A stretch of 64,000 nucleotides of DNA from Pseudomonadota bacterium (GTDB taxonomy: Bacteria > Pseudomonadota > Gammaproteobacteria > Poriferisulfidales > JAYYZZ01): positions 132,129 through 196,128 of the forward strand of contig JAYYZZ010000003.1 of NCBI GenBank assembly GCA_036687665.1. The letters run 5' to 3'. The translations under genes and the position numbers were made by a program. Positions within the stretch are counted from its first letter, which is position 1. The number at the start of each line of letters is the position of its first letter. This document shows, in pieces, positions 43,014 to 49,839 of the stretch. The notes below the pieces were generated by a model. That model had not been told where the DNA came from. It ran no database searches and saw only the letters and a list, made by a program, of their open reading frames with translations.

Positions 43014-44235
43014 TCAAAAAAACTGGGAAAGAGCCATTGTGTTTGTTGATATGGATGCATTCTTTGCATCGATTGAGCAGATGGATTTCCCAGAATTAAA
43101 AGGTAAGCCCATCTGTGTTACTAATGGAGAACAAGGAACCTGCATGATTACCTGTTCTTATGAAGCAAGAGCGTATGGATTGCATACAGGTATGAGGCTT
43201 AAAGAAGGAAGACGCCTATGCCCCCAATTAATACAACGCGCATCTAGGCCATCACGTTATGCAGAGATTTCAGCACGAATCATGCATACGTTACAGGATA
43301 TAACTCCAGATGTAGAAGTGTTTTCTGTAGACGAAGCTTTTTTGGATGTCACTAATTGTCAAAATTTACACGGATTGCCAGAACATATTGCCCGGCTAAC
43401 TAAAGAAAAGGTGCACCAGGTTTCTGGTCTAACGTGCTCAGTCGGAGTAAGCAGTGATAAAACTACTGCTAAATATGCGGCAAAGCGTGATAAACCTGAT
43501 GGTTTAACTGTCATTTATCCATGGGACGCAGAAGAGGAGCTTTCCAGTGTACTGGTGACTGAATTGAGCGGCATATCAGACGGCATAGGGGGGTTTTTAG
43601 CCAGCCGAGAGGTATATAAATGTGGCGACATGAAGAAGCTGCCTATTGGTGTATTGGCTAAACGTTTTGGTAATTTGGGTCGACGCATTTGGTATATGTG
43701 CCAGGCGCAAGACCCAGACAAAGTTATTACTACTGTGCCAGACCCAAAATCTATTGGACATGGAAAAGTTATGCCACCTAATACTAAAGATTCTGCTGTA
43801 GTGCGCATTTATTTGTTTCATATGGCCGAAAAAGTTTGTGCACGATTACGTAGGCATAGCATGCAAGCGAGTCAATTTTTTATTGGCCTGAAGACTGAGT
43901 TTGGATGGCTTGGCGGAAATTTTGAAGTTGCTCAACCTACTGATGACAGCCGCACACTACGAAAAATGTGTCGTGAGGTTATGCAAGAGTGTTGGCAATC
44001 AGAAGGCATTTATCAGGTGCAAATAACCGCACTTCACCCGTCCCCAAAAGATGGACAATTTGAGCTTTTCAGCGAAGATACAACGCAACAAGACTTGCTA
44101 AATGATGCGATTGATCGTATTAATTGCCGTTATGGCGATTTTACTATTGCCCCCGCTATTCTTCTTAATCGTTCATCTGCGCCAAATGTCATCGCCCCAG
44201 CATGGAAGCCACGCGGACATAGAAAATCGGTTTAA
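43006..44235 (+). CDS. dinB: Y-family DNA polymerase (DinB/Pol IV-like)
   Basis: FVDMDAFFASIEQ and SVDEAFLDVT catalytic motifs. The start overlaps the lexA stop by 8 nt (ATGGATAA). Confidence 0.88.
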   Translation: MDNQKNWERAIVFVDMDAFFASIEQMDFPELKGKPICVTNGEQGTCMITCSYEARAYGLHTGMRLKEGRRLCPQLIQRASRPSRYAEISARIMHTLQDITPDVEVFSVDEAFLDVTNCQNLHGLPEHIARLTKEKVHQVSGLTCSVGVSSDKTTAKYAAKRDKPDGLTVIYPWDAEEELSSVLVTELSGISDGIGGFLASREVYKCGDMKKLPIGVLAKRFGNLGRRIWYMCQAQDPDKVITTVPDPKSIGHGKVMPPNTKDSAVVRIYLFHMAEKVCARLRRHSMQASQFFIGLKTEFGWLGGNFEVAQPTDDSRTLRKMCREVMQECWQSEGIYQVQITALHPSPKDGQFELFSEDTTQQDLLNDAIDRINCRYGDFTIAPAILLNRSSAPNVIAPAWKPRGHRKSV

Positions 44236-44236
44236 A

Positions 44237-44314
44237 TGGCGCCCTGAGCAGGACTCGAACCTGCAACCTTCCCCTTAGGAGGGGGACGCGCTATCCAAAT
44301 TGTGCCATCAGGGC
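44237..44314 (-). tRNA. tRNA-Arg (anticodon CCT)
   Basis: The reverse complement folds with acceptor GCCCTGA/TCAGGGC, anticodon arm TCCCC-CTCCTAA-GGGGA, T arm GCAGG-TTCGAGT-CCTGC and encoded CCA. Confidence 0.9.
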
Positions 44315-44366
44315 ATGCCTTATGTATGATTGTAAAAAAATTAATCAACTTTTATAAGGTGTTTTT

Positions 44367-44807
44367 ATGTTTAAGAGCCATTTTCCTCTAATTTTAGGAG
44401 GCTTAACCCCCGCTGTATTGTTTGCAGTTTCTGCAGTTTTGCAAAAACAAACCGTCCAATCAGGCATTGGACTAGGTTTTTATATCATTGTCATTGGAAC
44501 TGGTATGCTACTTACAGGTGTTGCAATTTTTTTATTATTTCCAGATAAGCTGATTAGTTTAAAATCTGCTAGTTTTGGTTTCTCTTCGGGAGTCTTTGCT
44601 GCCATCGGTATTGCTTTAGTGGGTTTAACTATAATTAAGTATGGTACTCCTCTATCTCAGCTTGTTCCTATTTATAACATTAATACATTATTTGCCGTGT
44701 TGCTTGCGTTAGTGGTTTTTTCTGAGTGGCAGAATGTCAATGTAAGCACATTAATGATTGGTACGTTAATGGTGACTATTGGAGCAATTTTTGTGGCTAA
44801 TGCATGA
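44367..44807 (+). CDS. Small 4-5 TM membrane protein (half-size EamA/DMT-like)
   Basis: 146 aa and strongly hydrophobic. The family assignment is tentative. Confidence 0.55.
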   Translation: MFKSHFPLILGGLTPAVLFAVSAVLQKQTVQSGIGLGFYIIVIGTGMLLTGVAIFLLFPDKLISLKSASFGFSSGVFAAIGIALVGLTIIKYGTPLSQLVPIYNINTLFAVLLALVVFSEWQNVNVSTLMIGTLMVTIGAIFVANA

Positions 44808-44816
44808 CGACTATTA

Positions 44817-45278
44817 TTATTTATGCGCAATACGCCCCCGGTAAATCCATAAAAACAAGGCGAATGCGTCGTAAGGAGCAACACGCAACTCATTAAAAAT
44901 TTGTTCTGCTTTAAATGCACCATACTCTTGGCCTTCATGTAGTTCTAGCATGTTTAACTGTTCCATACTCATATTAACTACATAAAATTTTCTATAAATA
45001 TTGCCTGCATCAATCTTTGTTAAGTCATTATTTTGCTCTAACACTGGTTTTGCATTTGCAGCATCAAAATTTAGTTCTTCTTTTAATTCTCTGTATAAAG
45101 CATCAAGCGGTGTTTCATTATCTTCAACTGCCCCCCCGAACAGTCCCCAGTGATCTGGGTACCAGACGCCTTCTTTATCATCTCTTTTTTGCAGCAAATA
45201 GGTATGATCTGCAAGCTCAATGAAAGCAGCGACTGCATCGGCAGCATAAAGTATCGATTTGTCTGACGTGATTGTCAT
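44817..45278 (-). CDS. NUDIX hydrolase
   Basis: Nudix box GGAVEDNETPLDALYRELKEEL. Confidence 0.85.
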   Translation of the reverse strand: MTITSDKSILYAADAVAAFIELADHTYLLQKRDDKEGVWYPDHWGLFGGAVEDNETPLDALYRELKEELNFDAANAKPVLEQNNDLTKIDAGNIYRKFYVVNMSMEQLNMLELHEGQEYGAFKAEQIFNELRVAPYDAFALFLWIYRGRIAHK

Positions 45279-45294
45279 AATTCATCTAGTTTAT

Positions 45295-45381
45295 TGGTGC
45301 CGGGAGAGAGACTTGAACTCTCACTCTGTTGCCAGAACCGGATTTTGAATCCGGCGCGTCTACCAGTTCCGCCACCCCGGC
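45295..45381 (-). tRNA. tRNA-Leu (anticodon CAA)
   Basis: The reverse complement is GCCGGGGTGGCGGAACTGGTAGACGC..CCGGA-TTCAAAA-TCCGG, with a long variable arm, T arm GAGAG-TTCAAGT-CTCTC and encoded CCA. Confidence 0.92.
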
Positions 45382-45423
45382 TTTCTTGTTGTAAAGCACC
45401 CAAGTATATAGTAAAACATTTAT

Positions 45424-45612
45424 ATGATTTGGCTTAGCGAAATATTACTTGAGAATCACGAAATAAGTTCTTTTGAAGAATTAAAAAAAGCTGTAATTAG
45501 AAAAGCAGAAGACGGTGAAGTTTTTTTAGGTATGGATGTGAAACCTCCTTATGGAGATACGCCAGATGATTGGGAAGACTTGCTGGAGGGCATATTTACC
45601 TCAAAGAGGTGA
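45424..45612 (+). CDS. Hypothetical small acidic protein
   Basis: 62-aa ORF with no recognisable motif and no clear SD. Coding status is uncertain. Confidence 0.3.
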   Translation: MIWLSEILLENHEISSFEELKKAVIRKAEDGEVFLGMDVKPPYGDTPDDWEDLLEGIFTSKR

Positions 45613-45762
45613 TTAGCCTGCAACTTCACATAAATTCTTGTTAAAGTATCAAGGTTAATTAATAAATCATAAAAATATGGCTGGTATTATTTTAATTATA
45701 TTAGGTGTCATAAACTTAGCACTGCTGTTCTATTATTTTTTCACTATCTAGCGCACACAAGA

Positions 45763-46764
45763 ATGTTGTTTAGAGTATTTCTCTTATGCGGCTTCTTATC
45801 AGCATGCGACCACTCTGCTCATGAGAATACTTTAATTTCAGGTATCACCATGGGTACGACGTATTCTGTCGAAATGACTCAGCACATACATGAGTTCGAG
45901 CTTAATGCGCTAGAAAGAGAAGTGGACAATCGCCTAGAAGAGATCAATGATAAATTTTCAACATATCAGAAAGATTCTGAGGTTAACCAACTAGGGAAGG
46001 CACCATGCTGCGAATGGGTTGATGTGTCGGATGAATTTTTTCAGTTACTCATAGAAAGCGTACGATTGAGTAAAATAACAAATGGTTATTTTGATTTTAC
46101 GATAGGTCGTTTAATTCACGCATGGGGGTTTGGCCCCGCCAACAAACGCCAAGATGTTTCATCTCTAGCAGAAATAGAAAAACTTGATGAAAATTATAGT
46201 TTTATAAAGACTGACGAGGCACGCTCGCGTGTTAAAAAACTTCAAGATGGTTTTTTATTGGACTTTTCTGCAATAGCAAAGGGGTATGCGGTTGATCAAA
46301 TTACACAAATATTAATTAACAACAATATATCTAACTTTCTCATCGAAATAGGAGGAGAAATTAGGGCTCATGGAAAAAATCGCAATAATTTTTGGTTGGT
46401 TGCTATAGAGCAGCCTTCACGAGATGTGGTTGGAGGCAGTGCAGGGCAAGTCGTGAAGCTGCATGACTGCGCAATTGCAACATCTGGCGACTACAAAAAC
46501 TTTGTTAGAAAAGGTGATCATCTTTATGGCCATATAATAAATCCAAAAACAAAAACACCAACCACTCACAAATTGGCGTCCGTCAGCGTTATTTCAACAA
46601 CAGCGGCGGAGGCAGATTCTCTAGCGACAGCTTTGTTTGCCATGGGGCCAAAAAAAGGTTTTGAGTTTGCCCAACAGCACTCAATCTCAGCATATTTTAT
46701 TAGCCGATCCGAAACGAGTTTTATTGATCAATATGCTAGTGATTTTGAAAAATACTTGAACTAA
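45763..46764 (+). CDS. apbE: FAD:protein FMN transferase ApbE (lipoprotein)
   Basis: Lipobox FLSAC. ApbE patterns GTTYSV, DFSAIAKGYAVD, AIATSGDY and ADSLATALF. Confidence 0.9.
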   Translation: MLFRVFLLCGFLSACDHSAHENTLISGITMGTTYSVEMTQHIHEFELNALEREVDNRLEEINDKFSTYQKDSEVNQLGKAPCCEWVDVSDEFFQLLIESVRLSKITNGYFDFTIGRLIHAWGFGPANKRQDVSSLAEIEKLDENYSFIKTDEARSRVKKLQDGFLLDFSAIAKGYAVDQITQILINNNISNFLIEIGGEIRAHGKNRNNFWLVAIEQPSRDVVGGSAGQVVKLHDCAIATSGDYKNFVRKGDHLYGHIINPKTKTPTTHKLASVSVISTTAAEADSLATALFAMGPKKGFEFAQQHSISAYFISRSETSFIDQYASDFEKYLN

Positions 46765-46765
46765 T

Positions 46766-47485
46766 TTAGCGGCTACCTCTAGACCAAAGCATAATCCCGG
46801 TAACAGCAAGCACCAGAAGCAGTAGAGATATAATGTCCATGAAGTAAATTCCAGCTTGCCCAAAGAATCTGCCACTGTGTAAATCTTGCATGAATCTTTC
46901 CCAGGTAATAATTCTTTTGAGAGAGTCTTTTTGTATATATCTTCCTAGATCATTGTCTATATTTCCTGCAGACACTGCTTTAGTAGGCGAATCTTTATAT
47001 TTAGAAATATTAAGAAAATCTTTATCGAACAACCAATTTTCATTAGACCCAAGAATTACAACTTCTCCTTTATTATTTATAGATAAACCCTGTACTGCGT
47101 CACTAACTTCATCTGTTAAATACAGTTCATCTATGAGTCTCCCGTTTTTTTCAGTTATATATATTTCACTAGCTGATGCTAAGATTATTTTCCCTTTTGT
47201 TTCAACGGCACCCGTCAATTCAAGAGCATCAACATAATCTAAGAATTGTTTGTCCAAATATGTTGAGCCATTGGCAAAGGTGACCCAATGGTTTTTTGTT
47301 TTAAAAGCTGTGACCGGCTGAGATTCAATCCCATAGATTTTTAGCAGCTGCTGGTTTGCCAGATAACTACTATCTAGGCGCAAATCATTTGAATGCTGTA
47401 GAAAAAATCCTGTAAACACAAGAAAAATCAATACCACGCTTACAGTGATGCCAGTTCTTTTATGCCATTTTAGAAGATTTGCCAT
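46766..47485 (-). CDS. PepSY-associated TM-helix protein (2-TM variant)
   Basis: The N-terminal LLKWHKRTGI..TM and C-terminal DLHSGRFFGQAG..TGIMLW segments are the typical PepSY_TM helices. A soluble domain of about 170 aa lies between them. Confidence 0.75.
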   Translation of the reverse strand: MANLLKWHKRTGITVSVVLIFLVFTGFFLQHSNDLRLDSSYLANQQLLKIYGIESQPVTAFKTKNHWVTFANGSTYLDKQFLDYVDALELTGAVETKGKIILASASEIYITEKNGRLIDELYLTDEVSDAVQGLSINNKGEVVILGSNENWLFDKDFLNISKYKDSPTKAVSAGNIDNDLGRYIQKDSLKRIITWERFMQDLHSGRFFGQAGIYFMDIISLLLLVLAVTGIMLWSRGSR

Positions 47486-47513
47486 CGATAATACGTCGCA
47501 CTATTGGTGTAAA

Positions 47514-48047
47514 TTAATTGTCTGGATTTTCCCTTATATAGGAATCTAAATATAAAGCAAGACTTGCAATTTTTTTTACCGCATTTACCGATAAAGTGGC
47601 TCCAGAAATATTGGTAATGTTTTTATTTAACTGGAAATTTTTGGTATGGGCGATGCCCTTAAATTGGTCAGAAAAGAAGTCATATTTTACTTCCCAGCCC
47701 CTGGTTTCTCTAAAAATCAGCACTTTCATCTTTGAAATTTTTGATTTTTCAACGACAAAGCCAGTTGTTATAAATTCATATTTTCCTATTTCTTCTAATA
47801 TCCATACACTTTTTTGTTCATTGGCCCAATATCTTACTCTAATCTTGTTCAGATCACGCCCAAGAATATCGTTTATATTTTTATTTATTTCATCATCGAG
47901 AAATAGGCTGGATGTTTGTGGAGCATTACCATTGAATGCTTGAGTAATAAATTCTTCAGGCAACTGGTAAACTTTTTTACCATGGACTATTGAAATTCCG
48001 AATGCATTAAGGAAAAAAATAATAAAAATTATTGATAGTTTTTTCAT
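47514..48047 (-). CDS. Secreted FMN_bind-domain protein with a flavinylation motif
   Basis: Signal peptide. The C-terminal NISGATLSVNAV contains SGAT (codons at 47595-47606, Thr151), which matches the ApbE acceptor motif [S/T]GA[T/S]. Confidence 0.8.
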   Translation of the reverse strand: MKKLSIIFIIFFLNAFGISIVHGKKVYQLPEEFITQAFNGNAPQTSSLFLDDEINKNINDILGRDLNKIRVRYWANEQKSVWILEEIGKYEFITTGFVVEKSKISKMKVLIFRETRGWEVKYDFFSDQFKGIAHTKNFQLNKNITNISGATLSVNAVKKIASLALYLDSYIRENPDN

Positions 48048-48055
48048 TTTATCCT

Positions 48056-48092
48056 GATAAAAAAACAGCAGACTAAATTATGCCTGCTGTTT
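48056..48092 (-). terminator. Rho-independent terminator after the porin gene
   Basis: The minus-strand RNA reads AAACAGCAG-12 nt-CUGCUGUUU followed by a run of U. It lies 27 nt past the porin stop and upstream of the FMN_bind start. Confidence 0.6.
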
Positions 48093-48118
48093 CTTATCTT
48101 TGTTAGCTTTTTGAAATA

Positions 48119-49330
48119 TTAGAACATGTAACCTATGCCAATATTGTATCCATCAGCATCTTTTGTGGCGCTGTCTGCAACATTATCATATTCAATGTCG
48201 TAGTAATCTACTTTGACTACAACCTTAGGATCAATCCACCAGTTGAAACCAATAGACTTCGTGTCAAACTCCGTAGAAGATTTTCCACCCTCGACACTCT
48301 CTGTGCGCACAAATACGCCAAACTTTGGAGTGATTTGCCAGCTTGGCTCAATGTAATAACCATCTTGATCATCATAAGACAAGCCATTTATTGTTCCTGC
48401 CCAATCGCTATCAGTATCGATATCCCATTCAGCGTACAGAGCTCTCAACCCAAATCCACTGGCATGTTCGTATACAACATGCGCTTCGAATAGGTCGCCA
48501 TCATCTACTGCGTCATTGCCCACTTGGCTCAAGTCGTCCTGATGTTGAAATGATGCAGCAAGTTCTAACCCAGGTATTCCTGTGTATTTCAATCTAGCTG
48601 TTGTTGCCCAATGACTTGCGTCTGCGTTTCCTGTTTTTTGGCGACAGCCTCTTATGTCTACTTCACCGCCTGAGACTGTACATTTTAGACCTTCATGAAA
48701 TGCTAAATCAGCTGTAAAACCTTCGCCAAAGTTTTGGGTTATGCCAACACCACCTGCCCACCATGTTGCAGGCACGATCTTAGCTTCCACATTATTTCTT
48801 TCCACACCGTAGAATGTAGGGGGTTCGTGTGTCTCATTCATAATACCGATAGGTATTAAAAACAAACCACCGCGTACCGTGGTGTTGTCAAACAGGTCAT
48901 ACTCAACATATGCTTGCTCAAGCTCGATTTCACCAGCTTTCCCTTCTCCCGCTATACTATGTTCTAGCTCAAATTCTGAAAAGAAACGCAATCTATCTGA
49001 GTATTCATAATTTACAAAAGATACAAAGCGATGGAAGTCTAATTTATCAGTATCTGATGCGGTAACTTTTGCTTCAAGATTGTTGTAATGTAATTCCCCG
49101 TATCCACCGAACGAAATCTTGTCTTGGCCCCGAGGTCTTGATGAAAAAGACTCCACTGCTGTGATAGTTTTTTCACCCATTTTTTCCGCCGCATCAAGTC
49201 TTTTTAAGACCATGGAAAGTTGCTTTTCTAATTGTGCTATTCGTTCCTTGTCTGTTTGAGCTAATACTTGCCCACTTGAGACGAAAAACATAAAAGCAGA
49301 AACTGCGGTCATTATTGCCCTTAGTTTCAT
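48119..49330 (-). CDS. Outer-membrane beta-barrel porin with an N-terminal coiled-coil segment
   Basis: Signal peptide (..VLAQT), a coiled coil (ERIAQLEKQLSMVLKRLDAAEK), alternating beta-strand pattern, and a C-terminal YNIGIGYMF ending in Phe. Confidence 0.75.
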   Translation of the reverse strand: MKLRAIMTAVSAFMFFVSSGQVLAQTDKERIAQLEKQLSMVLKRLDAAEKMGEKTITAVESFSSRPRGQDKISFGGYGELHYNNLEAKVTASDTDKLDFHRFVSFVNYEYSDRLRFFSEFELEHSIAGEGKAGEIELEQAYVEYDLFDNTTVRGGLFLIPIGIMNETHEPPTFYGVERNNVEAKIVPATWWAGGVGITQNFGEGFTADLAFHEGLKCTVSGGEVDIRGCRQKTGNADASHWATTARLKYTGIPGLELAASFQHQDDLSQVGNDAVDDGDLFEAHVVYEHASGFGLRALYAEWDIDTDSDWAGTINGLSYDDQDGYYIEPSWQITPKFGVFVRTESVEGGKSSTEFDTKSIGFNWWIDPKVVVKVDYYDIEYDNVADSATKDADGYNIGIGYMF

Positions 49331-49356
49331 TGTCTACTCCTTATTTGCAATTCATA

Positions 49357-49385
49357 TTGACATTAATATTGATAGTCATTATCAT
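49357..49385 (+). promoter_or_regulatory. Promoter TTGACA-17-TATCAT reading toward the 97-aa ORF and the MCO
   Basis: Hexamers and spacing read directly. The spacer and the -10 are covered by the Fur box. Confidence 0.5.
49365..49383. promoter_or_regulatory. Fur box
   Basis: AATATTGATAGTCATTATC matches 16 of 19 positions of the consensus GATAATGATAATCATTATC. Confidence 0.7.
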
Positions 49386-49406
49386 TTGTATTAGTATTAA
49401 TGTCAA
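49378..49406 (-). promoter_or_regulatory. Promoter TTGACA-17-GATAAT reading toward the porin operon
   Basis: On the minus strand, TTGACA is the complement of 49401-06 and GATAAT is the complement of 49378-83. The -10 is the first hexamer of the Fur box. An AAGGAG SD precedes the porin ATG. Confidence 0.5.
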
Positions 49407-49428
49407 GGCTTAGAAAGGAGTAGTTTTA

Positions 49429-49722
49429 GTGAGTGCATATATAAATTATGTGAAACCTAGAAAGGGATGTGAGAGCACCTGCGGCAGTTGCAGCAGAAGA
49501 AAGGTCAATTTTAACCCCTCAAATAAAGCAGAAATTATTGATGCGTTAAAAGCAGACCTAACACAAATGTCATTAGCTTTGTGTGAGCCAGAGGAGACAG
49601 TCTTGCAAGCTATCAACAACCATGAGCTTTTAATAGGCACCTACGAAGATAAATTTGGCAACAAGCATCTTTATTTAGAGTATCAAGATGTCGGGATTAT
49701 GGCGCCTATAGCTGGACACTGA
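49429..49722 (+). CDS. Hypothetical 97-aa protein with a CxxxCxxC motif
   Basis: GTG start 8 nt after an AAAGGAG SD. C14-x3-C18-x2-C21 is encoded at 49468-49491. I recognise no family. Confidence 0.5.
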   Translation: MSAYINYVKPRKGCESTCGSCSRRKVNFNPSNKAEIIDALKADLTQMSLALCEPEETVLQAINNHELLIGTYEDKFGNKHLYLEYQDVGIMAPIAGH

Positions 49723-49729
49723 GTTCGCT

Positions 49730-49752
49730 GAGTCTTCACTCTAGGAAGACTC
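49730..49752 (+). terminator. Hairpin GAGTCTTC-ACTCTAG-GAAGACTC after the 97-aa ORF (possible attenuator or terminator)
   Basis: Perfect 8-bp stem with a 7-nt loop, 8 nt after the stop. No U-tract follows, so it is not a canonical intrinsic terminator. Confidence 0.35.
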
Positions 49753-49839
49753 TGTGCTGATGTAAAGTAGCAGGCCAAATAACTTCCTCTCTTCATATGC
49801 TTGCTACTTTCATCTGAACATAAGATGCCAATATACATC

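Noticed and set aside
42310-44314. lexA-dinB as a genomic island integrated at tRNA-Arg(CCT)
   Set aside because: There is no integrase or excisionase. I could find no copy of the tRNA 3' end by eye in the 42.3-kb spacer or nearby. The hypothesis is kept only as a minor possibility within the LexA finding.
45677-45751. 24-codon hydrophobic mini-ORF (MAGIILIILGVINLALLFYYFFTI) just upstream of apbE
   Set aside because: It has no SD. AT-rich sequence readily yields Ile/Leu/Phe-rich short ORFs by chance. It cannot be supported without conservation or ribosome-profiling data.
49468-49491. CxxxCxxC read as a radical-SAM signature
   Set aside because: The protein is only 97 aa. It lacks the remainder of a radical-SAM TIM barrel, including the GGE motif and the other SAM-binding motifs.
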